A DNA stretch of 64,000 nucleotides from an uncultured delta proteobacterium (GTDB taxonomy: Bacteria > Desulfobacterota > Binatia > UBA9968), in assembly GCA_963804165.1 (NCBI GenBank), contig CAWDPO010000046.1, positions 256,001 through 320,000 on the forward strand, in the 5' to 3' direction. Below, in pieces: positions 54,531 through 63,925 of the stretch. Positions within the stretch are counted from its first letter, which is position 1; every line of letters starts with the position of its first letter. Both the position numbers and the translations under genes were made by a program. Under the pieces are notes generated by a model. The model did no database searches. It was not told where the DNA came from and was given only the letters and a program-made list of their open reading frames with translations.

Positions 54531-55530
54531 TTATTTTCGCCAACTGCTTGAGCGCCTCTTCGATGTACGCATTGTCGACAAAATCGCTCGCCGGTGGAAT
54601 CTTTTTCCCTTGATAAGTTCCCTCTTTGGCCCGGAGGTCCATGGCCTTGTCGAAGGAAACCTGGCTGACCATGCCGTCCCTCGGAAACGGCCGAAAGTCC
54701 TTGACCAAGTATTTGTAATCTTCCTCGGCGCTTTCCCGCGTCGTTTTTAGGGCTTTCATGTGGATCGCTATGGACTCTTCTCTGTTCTTCGGGTCATAGA
54801 GCCAGCGCGTCGCCTCGATCACCGATCTGAGGTAGCGCACCACTTCCTGGCGATTCGATTTGAGGTAGTTGGTATGGGCGAAGTCGGTGGTGAAAAGAAT
54901 CGGGCCCAAATATTCATGAAAATTGGCGAGCTTGCGAAACCCTTCCTTGGCGGCGCGGAACGTCGACGGCGGACCCATGAACGAAGCCTGCACCGAGCCG
55001 CGCTTGAGGGCGGCGTAGCGCTCCGACGAGGTGCCGACGATCAAAAGTTTGTAGTCGTTTTCCTTGAGCTTATAGGCTTTCTCCAGGATCTCGTGCACCA
55101 TCAAAGTCGTGCCGCCGGTCAGTGTGCTGACGCCGAGTGTCTTGCCTTTTAAATCCGCGCCGGTTTTGATCTCGGGGCGCGCGTAGATGTCGTATGGGAT
55201 CTTCTCCATGTTGGCGCTGATAATTTTTATCTTTCCGCCTTTCTCTGCGGCGCCGATCACATAGTCCGGATTGATCCGGCCGATGGGGATGGTCTCGCTC
55301 AGCACGGCGCGCAGAACGTTGGTGGCGCCGCGGATGATGATCACTTCGACCTGGATACCGTTTTTTTCGAAGAATTTTTTCTGTTCGGCGACATACAGCG
55401 GCCAGCTCGACGAAGTATTGCCGCTCTGCGTAAAGCGCAATTTCAACATGCCGCCGTCGGCCGCCAGAGCAGTGGCGGATGAACTTAGCGCGCCGATGAG
55501 TGCGATGATCGTTCCGATTAGTTGCTTCAC
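54531..55530 (-). CDS. NitT/TauT-family binding protein (appears fused to the next gene in the ORF track)
   Basis: Signal peptide from GTG 55530; DLKGKTLG; removing one A from GCGAAAATAA restores a TAA at 54531. Confidence 0.8.
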
Positions 55531-55546
55531 ACCTAACCCTATCTCT

Positions 55547-55940
55547 TTATTGGACTGCATTTGGCTGAAGCTGGCGGAGGCGTTCACTTCTCCTTCGATT
55601 TGCTTCTAGACGCAGTTTTTCAATTCCAAAAAAACGGATCGGAACGCGTCTCCATTCACGCGTCCATGGTCTCGTCAAACCACTTGTGCACGCCCATGAA
55701 GTAGCCGATGGCGATGCCGACAATGTACGCCGTGGTAAACCCGTAGAAAAATTCGGTATGCGTCGCGACGAAGTGTTTATTGAGCTGGCCGGAGACAAAC
55801 AGATTCCAAAACGATGCCAGCACACTACCGGGCGGTGGAATCAGAAGTTCGTTTTCCAACAACAGACGCGTCAAAATTTCCCAAATCACCAGGCCGGCGA
55901 ATATGGTAACGCAGCCGCGTACGATTTCCTTCCTGAGCAC
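55547..55940 (-). pseudogene. Truncated ABC permease N-terminus followed by a possible ATPase C-terminal remnant
   Basis: IWEI..LIPPP..GYFMG stops at 94 aa; downstream ETRSDPFF-LELKNCV*KQIEGEV resembles an ABC ATPase tail. Confidence 0.55.
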
Positions 55941-55958
55941 AGAGCGGTTCTCCTGGAG

Positions 55959-58475
55959 TCAGCGATAGAGTTCTGGATCGCTGCCGGTGTCGGCGCCGGT
56001 GCGGATTCGCGGAAAAAGCGAGACACCGCCGGGACGACCCTGGATCATAAAATCGACGGGAATGAAGCCTTCGAGCAGTGGAATAGGCAATTGGACACCG
56101 GCAAATGGACTGCGGTGATCGCCGCCGATCGCGAGTTGATTACCCCATAGTCCGGTCGGCAGCCCGCCCGTCATGCTGAAGCGACTCGCCGAGATCGTGC
56201 CTTGCATTGGCGGCAATTTATATTTGCTGCCCGGATCGCGCTCGTTGTCGGTCAGTAATTGTGAATCCAGAACGCGCTGATAATTGTCCCCGGTTCCGCC
56301 AACCTCGCGGACCAGCGTGAACGTGGTATCTTCGCCACCTTCCGCCTGGCCGGCGCGTCGTTCTCGTTCGGCTTTGACGATGGCCGATGGAAGATTCTTG
56401 ATGCCGCCGATGCTGTCCTTGGCGCGTTGGTTGACGTCGGAGAGTGCAACCTGCAAATTCTTTTCGCGCAGCGTTACGAAAAACCGATCGTTCAATGATT
56501 TCGTCAGAGGATAACTCTGGATGCGCGTGCCCCACGGGGTTTGATAGTGAATCAAAATCTCGTTGTCATTGATCAGGTTCACGCCGCGCTCGGCGATCTC
56601 CATGTTGGCGGGATTGCCGTCGAACAGGGCGGCCTTGAGGCCCAATCCACGCGGTCCGAAAAGCTCGGGGTTTTCCACCAAAAACTGCTTGCTCATGCGC
56701 AGGCCCTGGTTTTCGTCCTTGGCCATGTCGGCCAGCCGCTTGGTCGCGTCGGCGGCGGCGGGGGTATCCGGATGTTGGTCGATTACGCTGGTCAGATAGT
56801 ATTCGCGGGCGCCGCGATTGGCGCTTCTAGTCGCTGCGTTGAGCAGCGCCTTCGCTGATTTGTCTTTCAGCGCTGCGATTTTCTGTTGCGGCGATCCGGC
56901 CAGTTCGTGATAGTTGATCGCTTGGTCAAGCATGCCGCGTTCCTCGTAGGCGTCGGCCAAGACTTTATACACGTCGGAGGCGTTTTCCGAGTCCGGATGG
57001 TTGCGCACATAGGCGACGCCGGCATCGATGACCGGCTGCGCCGAAACCGGATTCTGAGTCATGACCTGATAAAAGTTGTTGGTGACCATCAGAGCATTGG
57101 CCATGCCTAGCGCCATTGCGGCGCCGGGGCCGGCTGCTGCCAGCGCTCCAGCGCCGAAGAGCAGGTTCTTGCGCAAAAAGTCTTCACCGAGAAGAACATA
57201 CTTGGCCGACTGCACTTGTCTATCGGTTCGCGCGTCTTGAAATGGAGTGAGGAGGTTATAGTGCGGGCTTTGGAGAAGAGCGACGGCGCGCTGCTTGACT
57301 TCCGGATTCGCCGAGGATTTGGCCATCTGTTCAACGGCTTTTTTCGCCGCTTCGCGCCATCCCTTCATCTCCAGAGCGACCGCTTCCGCGTCTCGAGCGG
57401 CGTCGGCCAACGGCTTACCCAGGTATTTTTTCTCGGTGTCGATGGCGATCCGTTGAAGCTGGTTGCTGTCCCGCAGCGTCAAGACCTCGAGTAAACGTTC
57501 GACATCGGTTCGATGCTCGTCGCTCGTCGGCGATTCGGCGCGCGCAAGAAGCCCCTTGCTGCGCGCATTGTCGAGCTCGACCACGGATTTCTCGACTTGC
57601 TGGCGTAGGTCGTCGGCGTCGCGACACTGCGGGTCGATAAACGTGACCATATCGAGGTGAAACAGCGCTCTTTCAAAATCATTCTTGGCGAAAGCTTCCT
57701 TGGCTCTGTCGATCTGCTTGCGCGTCAATGCATCCTTTTTTTTCTTGTCCAGCTTTTCCACTTGTTTCCTGATGGCGGCATTGCGGGGATCGTCCGGGAA
57801 GCGCTTCAAATGATCGAGATCCCGCGCCAACGCTCGCCGTTCTTCGACGGCCATGTCTCGGTCCATCAGCGCGTAGACCTGGCTGACGGTGGTTTCGGCG
57901 ACGGCGCCGACATAGTTACCCGAAGCCACGCCGATCAAATCCACCGAACCGAGCAGACGGTTCGCCATGCCGCCCCAAAAATTGGTCGAGCTCCGGCGCA
58001 TCAGCGCGTCCGACTGATTGAAGTCGTCGTTGTTGATGATCGCCTCGAGATATTTTTTGCGTTCCGGCGACGCAACATTCTTGAGCGCTTCTTTCTGCGC
58101 CGCCATATATTTCTCGCGGTCTTGAATCGTATTGTTGACGATATCTTGCGCCTGCGCCGTCAAGCCCGTCGATGTGCCGTGCTGTTTCTTCATGCGCGCG
58201 TCTTCAGTGTGCAAGAACTGCAAATGTTGGGGCAGAGATTCTTCACGGTTGATCAACGCGTCGATGAGCAACTCACGCGCGCGTTTGTCGATTTCGTCGG
58301 GAAAATATTTCGGCGTCTCGCCGGCGCTCTGTTCGAAGGGGCTATAATCGGGAAGCGGGTTGAGGATTTTGTCGAGCGGCAAGGCTTTTTCTTGCGCTTG
58401 GAGCGCAACATGAAATGCCGCCACGAAAGTGAAGCAGACGGCAGCGCTCAAACGTATAAACCGCTCGAACTTCAT
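55959..58475 (-). CDS. Large exported TPR-like hypothetical protein
   Basis: 838 aa, signal peptide, helical TPR-like segments, beta-rich C-terminus. Confidence 0.8.
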   Translation of the reverse strand: MKFERFIRLSAAVCFTFVAAFHVALQAQEKALPLDKILNPLPDYSPFEQSAGETPKYFPDEIDKRARELLIDALINREESLPQHLQFLHTEDARMKKQHGTSTGLTAQAQDIVNNTIQDREKYMAAQKEALKNVASPERKKYLEAIINNDDFNQSDALMRRSSTNFWGGMANRLLGSVDLIGVASGNYVGAVAETTVSQVYALMDRDMAVEERRALARDLDHLKRFPDDPRNAAIRKQVEKLDKKKKDALTRKQIDRAKEAFAKNDFERALFHLDMVTFIDPQCRDADDLRQQVEKSVVELDNARSKGLLARAESPTSDEHRTDVERLLEVLTLRDSNQLQRIAIDTEKKYLGKPLADAARDAEAVALEMKGWREAAKKAVEQMAKSSANPEVKQRAVALLQSPHYNLLTPFQDARTDRQVQSAKYVLLGEDFLRKNLLFGAGALAAAGPGAAMALGMANALMVTNNFYQVMTQNPVSAQPVIDAGVAYVRNHPDSENASDVYKVLADAYEERGMLDQAINYHELAGSPQQKIAALKDKSAKALLNAATRSANRGAREYYLTSVIDQHPDTPAAADATKRLADMAKDENQGLRMSKQFLVENPELFGPRGLGLKAALFDGNPANMEIAERGVNLINDNEILIHYQTPWGTRIQSYPLTKSLNDRFFVTLREKNLQVALSDVNQRAKDSIGGIKNLPSAIVKAERERRAGQAEGGEDTTFTLVREVGGTGDNYQRVLDSQLLTDNERDPGSKYKLPPMQGTISASRFSMTGGLPTGLWGNQLAIGGDHRSPFAGVQLPIPLLEGFIPVDFMIQGRPGGVSLFPRIRTGADTGSDPELYR

Positions 58476-59512
58476 CGATTGAGCCTGGTCATTTTTTCGA
58501 GAAAACCGCGCGCCGCTTCGATTTTACCCTGGGCCTCGATTTTTTCCACGATGCCGTCGACTTGTCCGACCTCGCTATAGAGCTTGAGGGCCGACTTCAC
58601 GAATTGATCTAACATCTTGATGTCAAAGACTAATCCCTCCGGATCGTACTGGGATGCATATTCATTTGCAAGCACCATGTAGAAGTCGCCGAAATCGAGC
58701 AAAAAGCGGTAGATATTCTTGCTTTGCTGGTGTTTCGTCACCAGCTGGCTGTAGCCGACGATCGTCAGCTGATTGCCTTCCTTGAGGCGATGGCGGTTGG
58801 CTTCGACAAAGGCGACCTTGGCGCGGTCGACGCGTTCCTCTTCGACGCGGGCTAGAAACGCGTATTGCGTGCCTTGGTATTTTTGCATGAGATGATTCCA
58901 TGCGGCGACTTTCTCGTCGAGACCGGCGATGTACTTGAAAGGATCGTCAGTCGGGATGACCTTGTCGAAAATACGCAAAAAGTTATCCAGGATCTCGGCA
59001 TTTTTCGCCGCTTCGGCGCCGAGTCGACCGTCGGTTTCAGCGACCTTGCGATAAAGCGCCGCAGCTTGATCGTATTCCCTGAGTCTTTCCAGGGCGAGAG
59101 CTTTGTTGAACTGGACGATATCGCTGAACTGATCGCGATTTTTGCGTTCGTAGTCATTCAGGCGCACCAACGTGGCCTTCATGATATTGATGCCGGTGAC
59201 ATCCTTGGGAATAGGAAAACGGTAGACGTCTTCTTTCGCCAAGCGCTGAAAGTCCTTGACGATGTCGAGGAGATCGCCGGCCGGCACGTAGCGTGCTTCG
59301 GGCGGCGCAGTGCGCGAGGAGCAAGCGCTGAACAAGAATATCTCAAAAGCGAGGATGACACCGCGGATAAGATGATTTCTTGCTCGTGAGACTCGCAAAT
59401 TATTTTTTAGCCCGATCGCATCCTGCCGACGGTATGGAACTTCGCACTGACCTTTGAAGGTTTCACCCATTTTCCGAGAATTTGTCGCTAAGTCAAGGGA
59501 ACGGAAGGACAT
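58472..59512 (-). CDS. TPR-like lipoprotein (true start probably near 59400)
   Basis: FSAC lipobox; ALALERLREYDQAAALYRKV; ATGA overlap with the next gene. Confidence 0.75.
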   Translation of the reverse strand: MSFRSLDLATNSRKMGETFKGQCEVPYRRQDAIGLKNNLRVSRARNHLIRGVILAFEIFLFSACSSRTAPPEARYVPAGDLLDIVKDFQRLAKEDVYRFPIPKDVTGINIMKATLVRLNDYERKNRDQFSDIVQFNKALALERLREYDQAAALYRKVAETDGRLGAEAAKNAEILDNFLRIFDKVIPTDDPFKYIAGLDEKVAAWNHLMQKYQGTQYAFLARVEEERVDRAKVAFVEANRHRLKEGNQLTIVGYSQLVTKHQQSKNIYRFLLDFGDFYMVLANEYASQYDPEGLVFDIKMLDQFVKSALKLYSEVGQVDGIVEKIEAQGKIEAARGFLEKMTRLNR

Positions 59513-59549
59513 CCCAATCGCTTGACCATCGAAGACGAAACCCTAATAA

Positions 59550-60764
59550 TTGGCGGGTATGCTTAACAACCTTTCGCGTTGGCCGGTTTTGTTGGCTATG
59601 ACTCTATGGCTTTCGGCTTGCGCCGGCGATGGATTTTTGGCTGGCCCTCGTTCGGCCGCCCCGCCACCGGCGCCAGCTCCGAAGCCGCCGCCGCCACCAT
59701 CTCCGCCCCTGCCGGAATACCGCGGCCCGGCGACCCGGCCATTCTTTATGGGCTTCACCCAGTGGCCGGCGGATCTGAGCGAGGAAGGAGAGGCGACCGC
59801 GCGTGACTATGCGCAAGCGCACGGCGATATCGTTTCGGTGATGTTTATCGGCGGTATTCCTTGGCCCGAGGCGCTCGACGGCAAGCCATTTTCAAAAGAT
59901 GTGCAAGCCAACATGAGCTTCCGGCCGCCGACGGGGAAGAAGTTGTTCCTATCGATCTCGCCGTTGAACAAGGATAGGCGTGATCTGGCGCCTTACTGGG
60001 GCGACAGCGAGAATCAGCCATTGCCACAGCCGTGGAATAACGAGCCGCTGAACAGTCCACGGGTGAAAAGGGCGTACCTCAACTTCGTCCTGCGCGCCAT
60101 CGATGCGATGCACCCGAATTATCTCGCCATCGGTGTCGAATCCAACGTGCTGTTGTCACGCAATCAAGCCAAATGGCAGCAGCTTAAAGAGCTGCAGCGC
60201 GATACCTACACGGCGGTAAAAAAAGTCCACCGATCGCTGCCGGTCTTTTTCACGACCGAAGTGCTGCATTACAAACGGCTCACACGCGACGCCAAGGGTA
60301 CCGAGCAAGAGAAAGAAGTCACCGACATGATGCGCTATAGCGACCTGTTCGCGATGAGCCTCTATCCGCACATGAGTGCCGAGGTGCCGCGCGTCGTGCC
60401 GGCGAATTTTCTCGACTTCGCCAAGCGTTTCAAAAAAGGGATCGCCGTTTCCGAAAGCGGCATGACGTCGCGCAACGTCGAGCTCAAATCATACTCGACC
60501 GTGCTCTACGGCTCGGAGGCGGACCAAATGCAGTTCACCGAATATCTGCTCAAGACCGCGGCGCGCGACGGCTATGAATTCGTCATCAACTTCGCCACCA
60601 CCGATTCCGATCGCCTGGTCGCCCGGCTGCGCCCTCCGCTCGCCGATCTGGCGCGCATCTGGGCCTTTATCGGCATGCAAACCGGCGATCAAAGACCGAA
60701 GCCGGCGTCAGCCGTGTGGGATGGTTTCTTGCGGGCGAAGTACGAACAGACGAAGTGGTGGTGA
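59550..60764 (+). CDS. Lipoprotein with Pro-rich linker and putative glycoside hydrolase TIM barrel
   Basis: LSAC lipobox, poly-Pro linker, IGVESN and VSESG resembling clan GH-A catalytic glutamates. Confidence 0.65.
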   Translation: MAGMLNNLSRWPVLLAMTLWLSACAGDGFLAGPRSAAPPPAPAPKPPPPPSPPLPEYRGPATRPFFMGFTQWPADLSEEGEATARDYAQAHGDIVSVMFIGGIPWPEALDGKPFSKDVQANMSFRPPTGKKLFLSISPLNKDRRDLAPYWGDSENQPLPQPWNNEPLNSPRVKRAYLNFVLRAIDAMHPNYLAIGVESNVLLSRNQAKWQQLKELQRDTYTAVKKVHRSLPVFFTTEVLHYKRLTRDAKGTEQEKEVTDMMRYSDLFAMSLYPHMSAEVPRVVPANFLDFAKRFKKGIAVSESGMTSRNVELKSYSTVLYGSEADQMQFTEYLLKTAARDGYEFVINFATTDSDRLVARLRPPLADLARIWAFIGMQTGDQRPKPASAVWDGFLRAKYEQTKWW

Positions 60765-60782
60765 GGGCGGCCTCTCGGCGGC

Positions 60783-61112
60783 TCAGGATATGATCAACGA
60801 ATAGAACAAAACCATCTCCCCATTTCTCCCCGCCGCAAAATCGTGCGGCGTGCCTTTGGGGATGTGGCAGACAATTCCCGGTCGAAGAGAAATCCGTTTA
60901 CCATCGACGCGTAGCCGACCGGTGCCTTTGATGACGTGACAGACCACGTCTTTGTCAGCGTGGTTGATCTGCTTCGGGTCGGAATTCTTGCTTGGCTTGA
61001 AGGCGATCAGGCCGCTGGTGAATTGTTTGCCGGCGAAGCAGTCGGCGTAGCGGATCTCGTGGTTAAGATTTTTTAGCTCTTTGAGGGCTTGGCTGATTCG
61101 AACAATTTTCAT
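60783..61112 (-). CDS. Cupin domain protein
   Basis: H..DVVCHVIKGTG, IPKGTPH. Confidence 0.82.
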   Translation of the reverse strand: MKIVRISQALKELKNLNHEIRYADCFAGKQFTSGLIAFKPSKNSDPKQINHADKDVVCHVIKGTGRLRVDGKRISLRPGIVCHIPKGTPHDFAAGRNGEMVLFYSLIIS

Positions 61113-61136
61113 TGAAACTTTGCGTCGCAGGCAAAC

Positions 61137-61190
61137 GTAGGGGCGCGGCATGCCGCGCCTTTGGACGGGCGTATCGCGATACGCCCCTAC
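61137..61190. repeat. GTAG-family REP doublet
   Basis: GTAGGGGCGCGGCATGCCGCGCC..GGGCGTATCGCGATACGCCCCTAC. Confidence 0.8.
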
Positions 61191-61196
61191 ACCGCC

Positions 61197-62150
61197 TTAG
61201 GCCGTTTCTGTCACTGCTTCGACAATCTCTTTTATAGCCTGCTCGGCTTTGTCGTTGGGCACGCGGCTGGAGCCGACGACTTTGTGGCCGCCGCCGCCGT
61301 AATTTTTGAGCAACTCACCGACGTTGACGTTCGACGTCGGGTTGAAGATGTTGTAGCCGACGGAGATCGCCGTGGTGTTTTCGCGCTGGGGGTCGTGCGC
61401 GACTTTGACTTGCATGTTGCCTTTGGGAAAGAGCGTGAAGACCAAGAAGCGGTTGCCGTCGGGAATCTCTTTGACGCCACGCAGGTCGCAGTAAATAACG
61501 TTACCTTTTATCGTCGTCCGTTCGAGTAAGAGCTTGCGCAACTTTTCCTGTTCGTCGCGGATCATCTGGCAGCGTTTTTTAACGTCGGGATCGTTCAAAG
61601 TTTCTACCAACGTCTTCTCACGCAGCAGATCGATAATCTTTAGCCAGTAGGGCTCGTCACCGGCATTCCTTCCATCCGTGGTCATCGAAATCAGCACGTA
61701 GCCCTGTGGATTGAGAACGTCTTCCTGCTCCAGTTTGCCGGCGTCGATCCGATCGGCTTCGTGCATCAGATATTTCATTCGCTCGGTGCCCAGAAATTCC
61801 GCGATCTCTTCCGGCGAATTCCTGTTGCCTGTTGCCTGATGCCTATTGCCTACTTCCGTATAATATTCGTAGACCACCCGCGCCGCGCTCGGCGCCAGCC
61901 GGAAGCCGCCTTTGCCGAGCATGATCGGCTGGGGAAAATCCGGCGTCGTATTCGTAATGTGGTGATCGAACCAGAGGGTGCAGTTCGGATGATAGGGCAA
62001 ATTGGTAATGATGTCGCCGCTGCGGATTTCCACCAGCCCGTCCTGCATGAACTTGGGCTCGACGAAGAGATAATCCTCGATCTGCTCGAATTTCGTAACC
62101 AGCGCGCCACAAACCAGACCGTCGAAATCCGCACGTGTCACGAGTCTCAT
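61197..62150 (-). CDS. DHH/DHHA1-family phosphoesterase (exopolyphosphatase / nanoRNase-like)
   Basis: RLVTRADFDGLVC, WFDHH, PSAARVVY, GGGGH. Confidence 0.88.
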   Translation of the reverse strand: MRLVTRADFDGLVCGALVTKFEQIEDYLFVEPKFMQDGLVEIRSGDIITNLPYHPNCTLWFDHHITNTTPDFPQPIMLGKGGFRLAPSAARVVYEYYTEVGNRHQATGNRNSPEEIAEFLGTERMKYLMHEADRIDAGKLEQEDVLNPQGYVLISMTTDGRNAGDEPYWLKIIDLLREKTLVETLNDPDVKKRCQMIRDEQEKLRKLLLERTTIKGNVIYCDLRGVKEIPDGNRFLVFTLFPKGNMQVKVAHDPQRENTTAISVGYNIFNPTSNVNVGELLKNYGGGGHKVVGSSRVPNDKAEQAIKEIVEAVTETA

Positions 62151-63265
62151 GAGCGAATGGCCTCCTCGACCGGTGTCCAGGGCAAGTTAAAAGCATTGGC
62201 GACGCCTTCATGGGTAATTTTGCCATTGTAAGCGTTGAGTCCCTTGGCGAGTGCCTTGTCTCGCGCCAGCGCTTGCGGAAAGCCGCGATTGGCCAGTTGA
62301 AGCCCATAGGAAAGCGTCGAATTGGTCAACGCGTACGTCGAAGTATTCGGTACGATCGCGGGCATATTGGTGACGCAGTAGTGGACGACGTTCTCTTCGA
62401 TATAGATCGGCGCGTGGTGATTGGTCGGATGCGAAGTTTCGGCGCAGCCGCCTTGATCGATGGAAATATCGACAAACGCCGCGCCGGGTTTCATTCGTTT
62501 AACCAGCGAACGGGAAATCAATTTTGGCGCCTGCGCGCCCGGAATCAAGACCGAGCCGATGACCAAATCGGCGTCGACAACTTCTTCCTCGACGTTGGCG
62601 CGGTTGGACATCAGTGTGGTCAGACGCCCGCCGAGAATGTCATGGATGTAGCGGAGCTTGGTCGGATTGATGTCGAGAATGCTGACATAGGCGCCCATGC
62701 CTGTCGCGACCTGGCACGCCGCGGCGCCTGACATGCCGGCGCCGAGGATAACAACTTTTCCAGGGCGGACTCCAGAAGCGCCGCCTAAAAGAATCCCGCG
62801 CCCGCCGTTTTCCGCCTGAAGGCACCACGCGCCGACCTGGATCGACAGGCGGCCGGCGATCTCGCTCATCGGCGCCAACAGCGGCAGCGAGCCGTCGTCG
62901 AGCTGTATCGTTTCATAACCGATCGCGGTTACTTTGCGTTCGAGCAACGCGCGCGTGAAGGTCTCGTTCGCGGCCAGATGGAGATAGGTGAAGAGGATCA
63001 AACCTTGACGGATGAGCGGAAATTCGGACTCCTGTGGCTCCTTGACCTTCATGATCATGTCGGACTGCTGCCAAATCGCTGCGGCCGACTCTAGGATGGT
63101 TGCGCCGGCTGCTTCGTAGGCGCGCTCGTTAAGCCTGCTGCCGAGACCGGCGCCCTTTTCGATCAGCACCCGATGACCGCGAGCCACGAAACCGGCGACA
63201 CCGGTCGGCGTGACCGCGACACGGTTTTCCTCAGTCTTAATTTCCTTCGGCACGCCGATGATCAT
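62147..63265 (-). CDS. ald: Alanine dehydrogenase
   Basis: IGVPKEIK, KVKEP, FTYLHLAA, PMSEIAGR, IDQGGC, NMP. Confidence 0.95.
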   Translation of the reverse strand: MIIGVPKEIKTEENRVAVTPTGVAGFVARGHRVLIEKGAGLGSRLNERAYEAAGATILESAAAIWQQSDMIMKVKEPQESEFPLIRQGLILFTYLHLAANETFTRALLERKVTAIGYETIQLDDGSLPLLAPMSEIAGRLSIQVGAWCLQAENGGRGILLGGASGVRPGKVVILGAGMSGAAACQVATGMGAYVSILDINPTKLRYIHDILGGRLTTLMSNRANVEEEVVDADLVIGSVLIPGAQAPKLISRSLVKRMKPGAAFVDISIDQGGCAETSHPTNHHAPIYIEENVVHYCVTNMPAIVPNTSTYALTNSTLSYGLQLANRGFPQALARDKALAKGLNAYNGKITHEGVANAFNLPWTPVEEAIRS

Positions 63266-63309
63266 GAATAAAGGCTAAACGATGGGACGGGAAAAGGCAA
63301 AAGTAAATA

Positions 63310-63381
63310 TTGGAGTGATGGGGTAATGGAGTGTTGGAGAATTGGGTTTGAACCCATCACTCCAGTACTCCATGACTCCAG
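63310..63381. repeat. 8-bp TGGAGT/ACTCCA inverted tandem repeat
   Basis: TGGAGTGA TGGGGTAA TGGAGTGT TGGAG .. CACTCCAG TACTCCA TGACTCCA. Confidence 0.8.
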
Positions 63382-63392
63382 TGATCGGTGCT

Positions 63393-63758
63393 TTACCGGC
63401 CGACGGACCAGACGAGGATTGCCCAGCCGATGAGAAAAGCGAGACCGCCGATCGGCGTGATGGCGCCCAGCCAGCGGATGCCGAAGATACTGAGGATATA
63501 GAGACTGCCGGAAAAAATTATGATGCCGACGATGAAGGCCCAGCCGGCTGCATTCAGATTACGCTCCGGCCAGCGCGACGACGCCCAAGCCACGGCGAGC
63601 AGGCCAAGTGCATGGTACATCTGATAGCGCACGCCGGTTTCGAAAATATTCAACATGTCCGGCGTCAGGCGATTTTTGAGCGAGTGGGCGCCGAACGCGC
63701 CGAAGGCGACAGCGATGAAGGCGGCAATGGCGCCGGAGGTGAAGAAGAATCGGTCCAT
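63393..63758 (-). CDS. DUF423 (YgdD-like) membrane protein
   Basis: GAFGAH, YQMYH, FSGSLY, GAITPIGG. Confidence 0.92.
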   Translation of the reverse strand: MDRFFFTSGAIAAFIAVAFGAFGAHSLKNRLTPDMLNIFETGVRYQMYHALGLLAVAWASSRWPERNLNAAGWAFIVGIIIFSGSLYILSIFGIRWLGAITPIGGLAFLIGWAILVWSVGR

Positions 63759-63798
63759 CTTTCTTTAGATGGTGATCATGAAAAGTGTTCGTCGTTGT

Positions 63799-63905
63799 CT
63801 AGCACATTACTGAAATCTCGGAGTCCTTCGCCGAGGCTCAGGACGGACGGAGGAGACTGTATCATAGACGAATTTCCGTTCATGCTGAGCGTGTCGAAGC
63901 ATTCT
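63799..63905. mobile_element. MITE-like element copy
   Basis: GGAGTCCTTCG..GCTCAGGACGGACGG..TTCCGTTCATGCTGAG..TCGAAGCATTC. Confidence 0.65.
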
Positions 63906-63925
63906 CCCATACTTAAGCGACGAGC

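Noticed and set aside
53485-55587. Genuine 700-aa double-SBP fusion
   Set aside because: The second half has its own signal peptide, and deleting one A from a homopolymer restores a stop at 54531; probably a sequencing error
55656-55658. Selenocysteine read-through of the permease UGA
   Set aside because: Not at a Cys-like position, the downstream sequence is not permease-like, and there is no SECIS-like hairpin
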